Assembly (NCBI GenBank): GCA_951406725.2
Contig: OX597820.1
Span: forward strand, 113,770,001 to 113,834,000
Length of the DNA stretch: 64,000 nucleotides
Origin: Octopus vulgaris
Taxonomy: Eukaryota
Reading direction: 5' to 3'
Below, in pieces: positions 37,501-51,460 of the stretch (its first letter is position 1; each line of letters begins with the position of its first letter). The notes below the pieces were generated by a model. The model did not search any database. It saw only the letters and a program-made list of their open reading frames with translations, and had not been told where the DNA came from. A program made the position numbers and the translations under genes.

Positions 37501-40500
37501 GCCTACAGACAGAGACAGTCGTCTGTACAAAGGAGACAGCTTTGAAATAAAGGAAAGTGAGGTAATTACAAAAGAAAGCATTCAGCCAGCCAAGAAAGAC
37601 ACAGCTGAAGAGAAGAGGCCTACAGAGAGACACAGTCGTCTGTATAAAGGAGACAGCTTTGAAATAAAGGAAAGTGACATAATTACAAAGAAAGGCAAAA
37701 GAAAGCATTCAGCCAGCCAAGAAAGACACAGCTGAAGAGAAGAGGCCTACAGACAGAGACAGTCGTCTGTATAAAGGAGACAGCTTTGAAATAAAGGAAA
37801 GTGACATAATTACAAAAGAAAGCATTCAGCCAGCCAAGAAAGACACGGCTGAAGAGAAGAGGCCTACAGACAGAGACAGTCGTCTGTATAAAGGAGACAG
37901 CTTTGAAATAAAGGAAAGTGAGGTAATTACAAAAGAGAGCATTCAGCCAGCCAAGAAAGACACAGCTGAAGAGAAGAGGCCTACAGAGAGACACAGTCGT
38001 CTGTATAAAGGAGACAGCTTTGAAATAAAGGAAAGTGACATAATTACAAAAGAAAGCATTCAGCCAGCCAAGAAAGACACGGCTGAAGAGAAGAGGCCTA
38101 CAGACAGAGACAGTCGTCTGTATAAAGGAGACAGCTTTGAAATAAAGGAAAGTGAGGTAATTACAAAAGAAAGCATTCAGCCAGCCAAGAAAGACACAGC
38201 TGAAGAGAAGAGGCCTACAGAGAGACACAGTCGTCTGTATAAAGGAGACAGCTTTGAAATAAAGGAAAGTGAGGTAATTACAAAAGAAAGCATTCAGCCA
38301 GCCAAGAAAGACACAGCTGAAGAGAAGAGGCCTATAGAGAGACACAGTCGTCTGTATAAAGGAGACAGCTTTGAAATAAAGGAAAGTGACATAATTACAA
38401 AAGAAAGCATTCAGCCAGCCAAGAAAGACACAGCTGAAGAGAAGAGGCCTACAGACAGAGACAGTCGTCTGTATAAAGGAGACAGCTTTGAAATAAAGGA
38501 AAGTGAGGTAATTACAAAAGAAAGCATTCAGCCAGCCAAGAAAGACACAGCTGAAGAGAAGAGGCCTACAAACAGAGACAGTCGTCTGTATAAAGGAGAC
38601 AGCTTTGAAATAAAGGAAAGTGACATAATTACAAAAGAAAGCATTCAGCCAGCCAAGAAAGACACGGCTGAAGAGAAGAGGCCTACAGACAGAGACAGTC
38701 GTCTGTATAAAGGAGACAGCTTTGAAATAAAGGAAAGTGAAATAATTACAAAAGAAAGCATTCAGCCAGCCAAGAAAGACACAGCTGAAGAGAAGAGGCC
38801 TACAGAGAGACACAGTCGTCTGTATAAAGGAGACAGCTTTGAAATAAAGGAAAGTGAGGTAATTACAAAAGAAAGCATTCAGCCAGCCAAGAAAGACACA
38901 GCTGAAGAGAAGAGGCCTACAGAGAGACACAGTCGTCTGTATAAAGGAGACAGCTTTGAAATAAAGGAAAGTGAGGTAATTACAAAAGAAAGCATTCAGC
39001 TAGCCAAGAAAGACACAGCTGAAGAGAAGAGGCCTACAGACAGAGACAGTCGTCTGTATAAAGGAGACAGCTTTGAAATAAAGGAAAGTGACATAATTAC
39101 AAAAGAAAGTATTCAGCCAGCCAAGAAAGACACAGCTGAAGAGAAGAGGCCTACAGAGAGACACAGTCGTCTGTATAAAGGAGACAGCTTTGAAATAAAG
39201 GAAAGTGACATAATTACAAAAGAAAGCATTCAGCCAGCCAAGAAAGACACAGCTGAAGAGAAGAGGCCTACAGAGAGACACAGTCGTCTGTATAAAGGAG
39301 ACAGCTTTGAAATAAAGGAAAGTGAGGTAATTACAAAAGAAAGCATTCAGCCAGCCAAGAAAGACACAGCTGAAGAGAAGAGGCCTACAGAGAGACACAG
39401 TCGTCTGTATAAAGGAGACAGCTTTGAAATAAAGGAAAGTGAGGTAATTACAAAAGAAAGCATTCAACCAGCCAAGAAAGACACAGCTGAAGAGAAGAGG
39501 CCTACAGAGAGACACAGTCGTCTGTATAAAGGAGACAGCTTTGAAATAAAGGAAAGTGAGGTAATTACAAAAGAAAGCATTCAGCCAGCCAAGAAAGACA
39601 CAGCTGAAGAGAAGAGGCCTACAGAGAGACACAGTCGTCTGTATAAAGGAGACAGCTTTGAAATAAAGGAAAGTGAGGTAATTACAAAAGAAAGCATTCA
39701 GCCAGCCAAGAAAGACACAGCTGAAGAGAAGAGGCCTACAGAGAGACACAGTCGTCTGTATAAAGGAGACAGCTTTGAAATAAAGGAAAGTGAGGTAATT
39801 ACAAAAGAAAGCATTCAGCCAGCCAAGAAAGACACAGCTGAAGAGAAGAGGCCTACAGACAGAGACAGTCGTCTGTACAAAGGAGACAGCTTTGAAATAA
39901 AGGAAAGTGAGGTAATTACAAAAGAAAGCATTCAGCCAGCCAAGAAAGACACAGCTGAAGAGAAGAGGCCTACAGAGAGACACAGTCGTCTGTATAAAGG
40001 AGACAGCTTTGAAATAAAGGAAAGTGACATAATTACAAAAGAAAGCATTCAGCCAGCCAAGAAAGACACAGCTGAAGAGAAGAGGCCTACAGACAGAGAC
40101 AGTCGTCTGTATAAAGGAGACTGCTTTGAAATAAAGGAAAGTGAAATAATTACAAAAGAAAGCATTCAGCCAGCCAAGAAAGACACAGCTGAAGAGAAGA
40201 GGCCTACAGACAGAGACAGTCGTCTGTATAAAGGAGACAGCTTTGAAATAAAAGAAAGTGAAATAATTACAAAAGAAAGCATTCAGCCAGCCAAGAAAGA
40301 CACAGCTGAAGAGAAGAGGCCTACAGAGAGACACAGTCGTCTGTATAAAGGAGACAGCTTTGAAATAAAAGAAAGTGAAATAATTACAAAAGAAAGCATT
40401 CAGCCAGCCAAGAAAGACACAGCTGAAGGGAAGAGGCCTACAGACAGAGACAGTCGTCTGTATAAAGGAGACAGCTTTGAAATAAAGGAAAGTGACATAA

Positions 40501-42053
40501 TTACAAAAGAAAGCATTCAGCCAGCCAAGAAAGACACAGCTGAAGAGAAGAGGCCTACAGAGAGACACAGTCGTCTGTATAAAGGAGACAGCTTTGAAAT
40601 AAAGGAAAGTGAGGTAATTACAAAAGAAAGCATTCAGCCAGCCAAGAAAGACACAGCTGAAATGAAGAGGCCTACAGAGAGACACAGTCGTCTGTACAAA
40701 GGAGACAGCTTTGAAATAAAAGAAAGTGAAATAATTACAAAAGAGAGCATTCAGCCAGCCAAGAAAGACACAGCTGAAGAGAAGAGGCCTACAGACAGAG
40801 ACAGTCGTCTGTATAAAGGAGACAGCTTTGAAATAAAGGAAAGTGACATAATTACAAAAGAAAGCATTCAGCCAGCCAAGAAAGACACAGCTGAAGAGAA
40901 GAGGCCTACAGACAGAGACAGTCGTCTGTACAAAGGAGACAGCTTTGAAATAAAGGAAAGTGACATAATTACAAAAGAAAGCATTCAGCCAGCCAAGAAA
41001 GACACGGCTGAAGAGAAGAGGTCTACAGAGAGGGACAGTCGCCTATTTAAATTATACAATGCTGGAGTAAAGGAAGACAACAGGCCTGCTGATTCTTATA
41101 AGTTAGGTGACAATAAATCGGTGAATGATGAAAATCGTGATGTCTGTGTGAGTAAATCTTCGTCCAAGGATGACAGCATGGAAAGAGAAATAAAAGAGAT
41201 AAGAAATTCGTCAGGAGAGAATACACTTAGCACTACTACGAGAGATAATAATTCAGTCCTGCGGGATAGTGCTCTAAGAAAAGTAGACAGTTATGAGACA
41301 TTGCTGTTTCCACAAGAAAGTGATGACAATAAATTTGGAAATGAAACCGATATGAATGAATTGAAGAAAGATAAATATTCGACAGTCGAAGATATTTATA
41401 GTTCTGGAGTGAACAGACACGAAACTATGATAGATAATTGTCCAACGGATGTAGACAGTTATCTATCAGAAATTACTTCCTTTACAGACAAACAAGGCCA
41501 TGGGGCTACGAGGGGACCTATGACCTCGTCTGTAATGGACGGCTTTGAAATAAAGCCGTCTAAAAAGGAACAAGTTTCACTATCTGACGTGGACAGATTT
41601 GAAACTAGTACGCATGCTCAGCCATCAACTGAACAAAGGCGCATTTTTAGGGTTAGCAGTTATGAGCCGGGCGTTGAATTAGAATGGGTTTCTGTTGATG
41701 ATGATATCTCCTATGAAACAACGAACGACAAAACTTCAAGATATGAAGAAATTTATGCATCAAAAGAAGATAGCAAGGAAACAAATCTAGAAGACGACTT
41801 TTTCTCTCAGATGGAAGGCCATGATTTAAATAAAGACCCTTTGAGACGAACTGAAGAAGACTTTTATCTACGAAGAGGAAGGAATGCCTGTACCAAGGGC
41901 AAAGTATATGACATCGAGGAGCACAGAGAACCATATCAAATAAATGACACAGATGATAGTCTGGAAGACATAGTTAAGATCCAAAGTGACCAGGTAGAAG
42001 ACAGCAGATACGAAAGAGCTCTTAATGACGATGAACATCAAATTGATTACAAG
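34559..42053 (+). CDS. Second giant coding exon (about 2495 codons) containing a 39-aa tandem array; frame broken by a 10-bp insertion at 37686-37695
   Basis: TTTTTTTTCCCCAG|GAT phase-0 acceptor, in frame with ORF 34718. AAG|GTAAGT phase-0 donor, in frame with ORF 40662. Removing the 10-bp insertion joins the two frames. Confidence 0.85.
36812..41045 (+). repeat. Coding tandem array: 36 x 117 bp (HSRLYKGDSFEIKESDIITKESIQPAKKDTAEEKRPTER)
   Basis: 36812-41033 spans 4222 bp = 36 x 117 + 10, followed by a partial unit; units are near-identical. Confidence 0.95.
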
Positions 42054-42502
42054 GTAAGTATTGAAAAGTAAATTGCGTTTTTTTTATTATTCCTAGAGAA
42101 AGAGATAGCGAGGGATAAAGAAGGGAGATAATGGAGGAAGTTGTTGTTAGAGAGTTGGTTATTGTTGTTGTAGCTAGAGTTGGTTGTTGGGTGGAGGAGT
42201 TAGTTGCGTTAGGTAGCTGTGGTAATGCGATGCATTAAGCCAACCAACCAAGAAATCAAAGCTTAAAAAAGCCGGGGCAAATTTCGCAGGGAATTTCTTC
42301 CAACGTTATAATAATTCCACCTACTCAACACTCGGAAACCTATAGTTTATCTTATCGACCACGAAAATACGAACAGTAAAGCTGACCGAGACGACATTTG
42401 AATTCGAATGCATTGAAATGCAATGGCCAACTACTAGGCCAATTCGCAATACGGAATTCAAATCTTCCTGTGGATTGTATCTAGCTAGTACAGAGGTTAT
42501 AT

Positions 42503-42595
<93 letters not shown>

Positions 42596-42626
42596 TACAT
42601 ATAAATATACATACATATATATATAC

Positions 42627-42701
<75 letters not shown>

Positions 42702-43609
42702 TGACGAAAGCAGTATTAATTCTGTATGCCCTACTTAACATGAATGTCTTGCGAGAACAACAAATATTGCGCTATTTGCTTTGAGTGATCCTCTCATGGA
42801 GGCACTTTGTGCGTAAAAGCACACACATAGGTCGTGGCTTCTCTCCATTACTATCTCTAGACTAGACAAACTTATGGGAAGATTAGAATACAGCCCAACG
42901 AAGTATCAAAAACACCCGTTAAGTATACGATGCTTCCGCTGTGTATAGTGTTCTGTTGCATTTTGAAATGGTGCCTAGTTACAACAGAGCGTAGTGGGCT
43001 TTAGGACTCGCTTGTATATGTGTTCCTGTGCATGTGTCTATATATGTGTTTATCTGTTTGTAAATGTTTCTGTGTGTCTAAGTGTTTGTGATTGTGTATG
43101 TAATTGTGTGTGTCTGTGTGTATTATGTATGTCTGTTGTAGGTATTTATATGTGTATGTATCTATTTCTGAATGTGTATGTGCGTGGCTGTGTCTATGAA
43201 GTTCAGTGTGTGCCAATGTATGTGTCTGTACATGTATGTGTTTGTGTTTGTGTGTTTGTCTGTCTATCCCTTTATGTATATGTATGTGTGTGCGTGTCTG
43301 TGTGTGTGTATTTGTCTGTACGTATTTGTATGTGTGTGCTTTACTTGTCTTACTATAGAGGCAAGGTAACACCGACGGCAAGATACGAGACCATCGAACC
43401 TTCGGACGCGTAACAGCCTAAGGTTGAGTGTGGCTTTATAGATACGGGTGTCGTTGGTGGAGAGTAGATAGTAGTGTTGGCTGTGATGCAGCTGGGTACA
43501 GTGCTGGTGCTGGTGCTAGTGCTGGTGTTGGTGCTGATATTGGTGTTGATACTGGTGGTGACGATGCTGGTACATAAACAAAACTGTTTTGTGTCCAATA
43601 TTTGCTAAA

Positions 43610-43835
43610 GCAAAATGGCAGAGCGCTAGCAGAATCATTGGCACGTCGGACAAAAATGTTTAACGGTATTTCTTCCGGTTTTACGTTCTGAGTTCAATTC
43701 TGCCGCGGCCGACTTTGTCTTTCATCCTTTTGGAGTGGATAAAATAAGTACTAGTTGACCTCTGAAATCGATGTAATCGATTAGCTCCACCATCGTCACC
43801 AAAATTTTGGGTCTTGTGCTCACAGTAGAAAGAAT
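43610..43835 (+). mobile_element. SINE family D copy
   Basis: TTCTGAGTTCAA..CGACTTTGTCTTTCATCCTT..GATAAAATAAGTAC. Confidence 0.6.
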
Positions 43836-43894
43836 TATTTGCTAAAGCAGTTCTTGCTGTTCCCGTAACGATGGAAAATCTGTATTCATTGCAG

Positions 43895-43948
43895 AGGGAA
43901 GCTGTTACGTTCGAGAACTACAAGAGTATTACCAGCGACATTGAAGAG
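43895..43948 (+). CDS. Small phase-0 exon (REAVTFENYKSITSDIEE)
   Basis: TTCATTGCAG| acceptor, GAG|GTAAGT donor; 54 nt. Confidence 0.75.
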
Positions 43949-44253
43949 GTAAGTAAGAATGAAGTGGCCGAGTATTCCACAAATAAGAGTATCCTTATCG
44001 TGATCATCGAGCATAATCAACGTTGCACTGCTGAACCTTGGGATTACGGATACAGAGCAATCGATCGTGTTCCGCACTGCTTCTGTCTCTGGACATGGGT
44101 CGACTCAACTCTATAGTACTGTGCAAAGGAATTGAACCTGGTGCATTATGTTTGCCAAGCGAATTTCTTGAACGCTTAGCCATGCATCCACATGTACAGA
44201 GCGAGTGTATATATGCGTGTATGTATATACGTTTATAAACTTTTATTACATAC

Positions 44254-44705
44254 AGGCACCGGTGTGGCTGTATGGTAAGCTTGCTACACAACCACATTGT
44301 TCTGGTTTCAATTCCTTCGCGTAGCACTTTGGGAAAGTATCATCTACTAGAGCCCCGGGCCGACCAAAGACTTGTGAGTGGGTTTGACAGGCGGAAACTG
44401 GAAGAAGCCTGTCGCGCGTGTGTGTGTGTGTGCGTGCGTGTGTGTTTGCATGCGTGCGTGCGTGCGTGTGTGAGTGGGGGGTGCGATTGAGTGTATTTGT
44501 ATTTGTGCTTGTCGCCCACAACCGCTTGGCAACCGGCGTTGGTTTGTTTACGTTCCCATAACTTAGCGGTTCTGCACAAGAAACCGATAAAATAAGTACC
44601 ATGTTCAAATAGGTACTTGAGTTGATTCGTGCGACTAAAACCCTTCAAGGCGGTGCCCCAGCACGGCCACAGTGCAATGACTAAGACGAGTAAAATATAA
44701 AAGAT
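44254..44705 (+). mobile_element. SINE family C copy
   Basis: Colinear with 30035-30428. Confidence 0.78.
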
Positions 44706-45420
44706 ATGAATGATTATCTTTGGTATGAGATCCTGGAAGAATGCCATCGAGCGACCTGTGTATAACTTATCCATCACATTCATCTATGCTATAGGTCTGT
44801 GTTTTTAACCCTAGGCGTCTTTTGGTTTTCGGCTACTAGTATTATACGCGCAACAGCCAACCAGTGGAGTATATCAAGCTAAGTGTTCGTTGTTCTTTTG
44901 AACAGGTTAACGAGGGCTATCCCGTAAAATGTAGGCCTTCTCTATCAGTAACCGATAATCAATCGTCTCCCGGCTGACTGTCCATTTGGTAGTTTTGCGA
45001 CAACCATCAGAATAGATTCACAAGCATAATAGAATCGAGGATGACTTTGCAAATTATTTTCTTCTGAATTATTTGCTCCGTATTTATACAATTCCTAATA
45101 ATATTTAACTATAAAAATAGAATAGGATTGTTTTTGGCATCAAATGACTATGGGGGAACCCGTAGGGTAAAATAGGAACCGAAGGAGTCCACAGGTGAAA
45201 ATTGTTTGAGAAACACTGTTCAAGATCATTCTGGAAAGACGCTTTTACCAAGCTGACGGTGTGGCCTTTCATACTCTGATATGGTGTTTATGTGATGTCT
45301 TCCACAAATATGTGACATAATCAATATTTTCGGTTGCATCTTGGGGAATCCAATGGCTTCGCTGCCTCTTTTCTTTATTAGGTATTTTATAGTAATCCTT
45401 TGTTATTGGACAGCAAATGC

Positions 45421-45725
45421 AGACCGGTCGTTGTGTGTGTTTATTGAGCGAAAACACCTAAAGCTCCACGAGGTTCCGGCAGGGCGTGGTGGCGACCCCT
45501 GTTGTACTCTTTCGCTCCAACTTTCTCTCACTCTTTCTTCCTGTTTCTTGTCCCCGACTTCCTACGCAACCGCTGAGCCTGGATGCGCATTCATCCATCC
45601 GTCGATGCTCTCGGTGTCGGGGGTTGACCTGCTTTCTCTTCTGCGGGTCTTACGAATAGCAAAGGACCACGTTTCGGACTTCTCCCACCACAGGACGAAG
45701 ACCGCTTCGCTCAACAGCAACAGCA
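45421..45725 (+). mobile_element. SINE family A copy, 5'-truncated
   Basis: Reverse complement of the 14566/22448 copies lacking the tRNA head; CAACAGCAACAGCAA tail. Confidence 0.85.
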
Positions 45726-46469
45726 AATTTTTTTGTTTGTTTGTTTTTTCTAGTATACTGAGTTTCACATTCAAGTCTTGTTTAAGGTGTGTTAGTCCCG
45801 CTGTTATGGAGTTGTAAGTGATATCACCATAGAGTACCTCCTGAAAAGCTCACTGCCAGCTCGTAGGTTGTTGTTCACTTTTCACTAAGTTTAAATATTT
45901 ATTGCATAACGAGTGACTTGATCTGGGATCGTGTGCTGGAACAAAAACAATTGCAGTGTGGAAGGTGTTTATAAGCCATTTAAGAAACACACAAAAACCG
46001 TTAGATTCGCTTCAACATTTAAATTTAATTTGCCAAAATATTTTCGTCGCTTTGAGACCGCGACCTGTTCACTGACAAAACAGCGTGCTGCATCTTTATT
46101 TAAAAATATTTATTTTTGTTGCTGTTACTTAGCAGGTGTTGTCTGAGAGATACTATACGACATTCGAAGGTTAACAGCATTGATCTATTTCCATCATTTC
46201 TTCCTAAACAGAGACTATCAATATATCTGTTTCTGTGGAAGTTTCCAGTTAATGTCAGCATCTTGTGAATTTTAATGTCTATGGAGTGGATTTTCTCTAC
46301 AGATCAGCCAAATATCCCAAGTGCTGGAATTAGCGCTGGCACGGCGAAATATATCGTGGGATATTGTCTTGTTGTAAGAGGAAAGTTCCGACTGCCATAC
46401 TTTTTCTAAATTTGGTGAAATATGTTCGGGTCACTATGTTTATTCACATCTTCATCTACGTAAGCATGC

Positions 46470-46683
46470 ATGAATGTATGTATGTATGTATGTATGTATG
46501 TATGTATGTGTGTATGTATGTATGTGTGTATGTGTGTATGTATGTGTGTATGTATGTATGTGTGTATGTGTGTATGTATGTATGTGTGTATGTGAAAACA
46601 AAGAAACAAAGGAAAAGAGAGATGCAGGATTAGAAAGAAATAAAGAAAGAAAGAATGAATGAAAGGAAGGAAGGAAGGAAGGA

Positions 46684-46719
<36 letters not shown>

Positions 46720-46740
46720 ATGAATGAAAGGAAGGAAGGA

Positions 46741-46812
<72 letters not shown>
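46470..46812. repeat. (TATG)n and (GAAA)n/(GAAG)n microsatellites
   Basis: Directly visible. Confidence 0.92.
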
Positions 46813-46869
46813 ATATAGTGTAACCAGACTAATAACAAACTAATATCTTCTTTTCGCCTTTGAAATCAG

Positions 46870-46932
46870 ATGAACTTTGAAGATGCCCTTGATGGCTGGG
46901 AGGAATTCGCTCAGTCGATACGAATGAGAAGG
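46870..46932 (+). CDS. Small phase-0 exon (MNFEDALDGWEEFAQSIRMRR)
   Basis: CTTTTCGCCTTTGAAATCAG| acceptor, AGG|GTAAGT donor; 63 nt; paralogous to exon 51461. Confidence 0.8.
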
Positions 46933-47163
46933 GTAAGTGCTTCAGTCGTTCGCTTATTCAAATACGCTAATAATTCACGCCTGGCTCTTGTACGATTATT
47001 ATATAGCGACTTAGTGACTCTCCCATCACTATTGCACAACGTTGTTCGCTGAGGATATCTGATAAGGCTGGATGACATCCGGAGTTGTCTCCCGTACTTG
47101 CCGAAAGAATTAAAATAATATTAGTCATTGAGCTTATATATGATGTCACCCTACTGCACTGCC

Positions 47164-47225
<62 letters not shown>

Positions 47226-47783
47226 GAGTGAGAGAGCAGTACATGCCATCAAAGTGACACTGGGGTAAAATATACGAAGCCCAGTATACCCATCATGACT
47301 ACCCGTCTGATAAGGGTACACCAGGCACATGCATCACAACCATATGTGCGCGACATGGTGATCTCATATCAAGATAAACAGTACATGACCTTGCAGGTGG
47401 GGCCCAGTTAGAATTTAATTCTGGTCGAGTAACCCATCCCGCTCAAAATGTCCCTGAATAAGGGTTGTTTAAGGATGTTGAAAGAACCACCCATGTTTCC
47501 AGAGGTGAATCATTCAAACCTCAAAGAATCCCTCTCAACACATGGCTATGATGCTCCCCCACTACTTCTGCTCGTGATCAGAGATGCACATATCGTCAGC
47601 CACTAAGGGACATGCTCAACTGGTTAAGGTCAAACAACTGACCAGCAAATCTGTGGTATTGAGCAAAATATTTGCTGTAGCCCATCTTTTATACCAAGAC
47701 AAAACAATGTACGTGGTAACACTTCCAATCAGTTAATATCAGAAGCCACGAGAGCCACTGCCTGGTACTGCATCAGGGCATTT
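47226..47783 (-). mobile_element. About 560-bp interspersed repeat flanked on both sides by (ATT)n
   Basis: Similar to 27262-27722 and 62788-62898; no tRNA boxes seen. Confidence 0.75.
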
Positions 47784-47799
47784 TTATCATTATTATTAA

Positions 47800-47856
<57 letters not shown>

Positions 47857-49099
47857 GTTGATACTAAGGAGGCTAAGAACAATAAAGATGATGATTTTAA
47901 CAATGATGATTGTCGTGTAGTGTGTATATTAATGTGTGGGTATGCAACACAAATTTAACGGCTCAGGTTTGTTTATGTTTGAGTTCAAATCCTACCGGAG
48001 TTGACTTTGTCTTTCACATCCTAGACACGTCATCTAGTGGACATATTATCAGTTGACCATACCTTAGCCCCTTCTACAACAGATATAGGTTTGTAAAATT
48101 ATACTAATGCATAGAATTCAATACTCGATATAAGATATAAACTCAACAGAATAGCCAGCCAATATCATTTTTCTCTGAACATTTGGATTATTTAGTTTCT
48201 TACTCGAAATATAACGGAAGATATACAATATCTGCTATTAAGTTTTATATAAAGGCATCACCTACATGCATTGCTTGAAGGTTTTACATTTATAGCATAA
48301 ACATTGTATTGTGTAAGTGGTGGGATAGAAAGCCCTCAATATTTTGTCCTTGTGGTCATTATTCTGTCGACTCAGAGAAATTATTCAATAATATGTTTAA
48401 AGTGCAAATGACTGAGCATTCCATAATACTCATGCGGAATCAATGTGACTCAGATTCGGATTACGGTTATTATCTACTTGGAAGATTTCCGTATAGTTTC
48501 CGTCTACCATATTTCACTCATAAGGTATTGATGGTCTCGAAACTATAGAAATTTTCTCAAGATGACAAGCAGTGAAATCGAACTTGGGATCTGAAGATGC
48601 TAACCTAACTTCAGATAATAAAACAGATTATTGGAATGATCTTTGAAAACCATTCCGGAAATCTCTATTATCATCAGCTTTTGTACAATCTGTTATTAAG
48701 TAGTATAGACGAGGTGAACTGCAAAGTTAATTCTATAGGGATCTTAACTCAAGCATAAAGGTCAGACATGATTGCTGTTAGACATTCAACAAGCCGATAC
48801 ATACACATACACACATAAATAAATACATACATACATACACATACACTCACACATACATACATACATAAATACATACATACATACATACATACATACATAC
48901 ATACATACATACATACATACATACATACATACATACATACGTACGTACGTACAAAGTAAAACTGCCTCGAATATGCCGGCGTAGAGAAAACGGTTTTGTT
49001 TTCGTTTCGTTTTTCCCTGAACTTGATTTGAACGTCATGACTACTCGTTTTCAGTTTTCGTTGCTTTAATTACAGCAACATTGTTTCGTTTCGTTTCAG

Positions 49100-49153
49100 G
49101 CAAAAATTGTTAACCTTGATGACGAAGACAATGGATTTAACGATAGTGATGAG
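49100..49153 (+). CDS. Small phase-0 exon (AKIVNLDDEDNGFNDSDE)
   Basis: TTTCGTTTCGTTTCAG| acceptor, GAG|GTATGC donor; 54 nt. Confidence 0.78.
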
Positions 49154-50561
49154 GTATGCATTCGAACAATTTTTTTTTTTTTTGCTTACACTGAAGAGAA
49201 AATAACATATGAAAAAATATAAAAACAAAGAAAGACAAAAAATAACAATACTCCAAAGAAATTGTTTTAACTTCCAGTAATTTCCAATAACTTTCGACAG
49301 AATCCAGTGCATTCTATAAAGTGACAGATGTCTCGAGGTAAAATGTTTTAAAAGCAGAAATTAAAACTCTTTCACTTACATTTTTTTACTTCTCGCATAA
49401 CTTGGAGCCATTTTTGTTTTAATATATATAATTATGTTGGATGAAATTTCAGTAAAATTACTAGATTTTTTACGCTCGTAAACATTCAGAGCCGATTAGC
49501 TGTACAGAATACCACATAAGTAATGTAACTTTAACTGGAGTTAGGGGAGGAAATTTTGAAATGCTTCGTGCGACATGTATTATTAATGTTAATTATAACT
49601 ATTATCAAGCTTTAATATTTGTTTTAGCTATGAGGGGTATAAACACATTGTTTTATATTCGTTGATCAAACATTTATTCAAGCAAATGTGAGCTACGACG
49701 AAGAAAGGTGTTGGGGGCAATGTCCCTCACAAAAACCTAAACTTGTCACAAAACCTAAACGTATGTCACAAAAGAGCCAACGAAGGGGTATTTATGTGGT
49801 CGTTCCAACAACTTGAAATAGTAGCCAAATCTCCTTCAAATCACACTTTACTATTTCTTAACGAGAAAATGTCTCATTTGAAAATGCAGCCTAAAAACAA
49901 GTTGGTACGATAAGGGCGGGAATGCCTTTGATTAAAAGTGTATTCGTTCAGGTCTGACCTAGGGCTGAACAACAAGTTTTAGACACCATTTTTTCCCCAA
50001 GCATAAGGGAGATTAAAATGAGCTGAAACAATAAAACACCGGAAGTGAACGGCTTCTAGTATTTAGTCTTATTCCTCTAAGCCTGCAGGAGTCAACTTGG
50101 CAGTTTCATGCATCTGGAACTGATGACAAAAACAATGTATCGGTCATGTAGGAAGATGATCCGATTGATTGAGATTCAGTCGTGTACAGAGATGAATCGA
50201 TTAAGTCTAACCCTGCCTTTTGCACCCACAATCTTGTGCCCTACAAGTTGCAATATACAGCCAGTGTTCACATGCATTCTCACAATTCATTTTGTAGGAT
50301 TTAAAATCTCTACCTATAACACACATACAGACACACGGACTTTGAAAAAGAAATGCAAGGCCGGGTTATACTGCTAGTCAAAAATAAATGAAGACAGATA
50401 CTAGAGAGTAATTATAAATGTAAGCAAACGAGAAAAGAAAGAACAAGAAAAATGAAGAGTGAAATAGCATGTTAGAGAACGCAATCTCCATCATTTAAAA
50501 GGCGCGGAAGTTGACGTTGATTATTTTATGCAATCAATCTAGGAATCTTAATGAATTAATA

Positions 50562-50704
50562 TTCTCTGTTACATTCCAGTAAGTAAACGAATATTCTAGG
50601 TTCCAGCCAGTTGAGTCACCTACTCATTGACTCAGTAAGTGAATTGGCTGAGCACGGCACAGATACGTGTACCCGTAAAGCTTTGTCCTCATGTAGAACT
50701 AGCG
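50562..50704. repeat. Left arm of a 143-bp inverted repeat (partner 55534-55676)
   Basis: Reverse complement of the partner with 1 mismatch by eye; distantly resembles the SINE family B 3' body. Confidence 0.9.
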
Positions 50705-51460
50705 AACTTTAAAATTTTAAGGTATTAAAATTTTAATGAACTAAAATTAATCTAGTGAACTTAGACATTTTATTGAATTAAAAGTCATGGAGAGAAGATC
50801 AAATCGTCAGCTTAATGAAAAAGTTCGGTCAAGAAAAGAAAGAGAACACAAATCAAAATCTTATATCCAATTTAATCAAAAATAGAATGAGGTCATTGCA
50901 ATGGGAAATCAATCTTATGTTTGCGATACGGAGAAAATAAGGAACATTTTTCGGTCTTATTGGTTCTCTTCGGGGAAGTACTCCTATACAAAAAGGACTT
51001 GAGAAATGTATAGATTTTTTTTATGAATGCACAGCAAGTGGTGTAGTATCTCAGTATGTATGCATGCATGCATTTACATACATATAAAATATTTGTAGAG
51101 CAGTAACGGTTAAAACTATATTTCGCTGAGAAGGTGTAATAAGACCGAAACATGTTCAGAGTTGTTACCCTACTGCTAAGCTCAGATTCACTCCTCACTA
51201 CATTGCTCGCATTCTATTTTTAATTCATTTTAATTCATTAAGCTTCTACATTATCTATTTTGCCTTCTTTGACCAGATTTGATCGATAATTTCTCCTCAT
51301 AAATGGTGTTGTTATTATTATTATTATTTCAAATTTCTCACTCACTACATTAAGTGTATGAACACAATCCTTGCTGTTTTCATTCTCATTAAGAGCGCAA
51401 CTGCGTATTTCTTCATAGTCTCCGCCAAATGCTAAACTGAGATTCTCTCTGCTACTTCAG

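Noticed and set aside
36683-40685. Long hydrophobic minus-strand ORFs (341, 415 and 561 aa)
   Set aside because: One stop-free antisense frame of the 117-bp unit repeated; broken at 39000 by a change that is tolerated on the + strand.
36812-41045. CRISPR-like array
   Set aside because: Contiguous in-frame units with no unique spacers, in a eukaryotic exon.
43359-43409. Possible 51-nt exon RQGNTDGKIRDHRTFGR
   Set aside because: Acceptor plausible but donor (CGC|GTAACA) weak; cannot support without RNA data.
45910-46080. Repeat with a PLE-end-like appearance, checked for a hammerhead
   Set aside because: No CUGANGA/GAAA core could be assembled on either strand.
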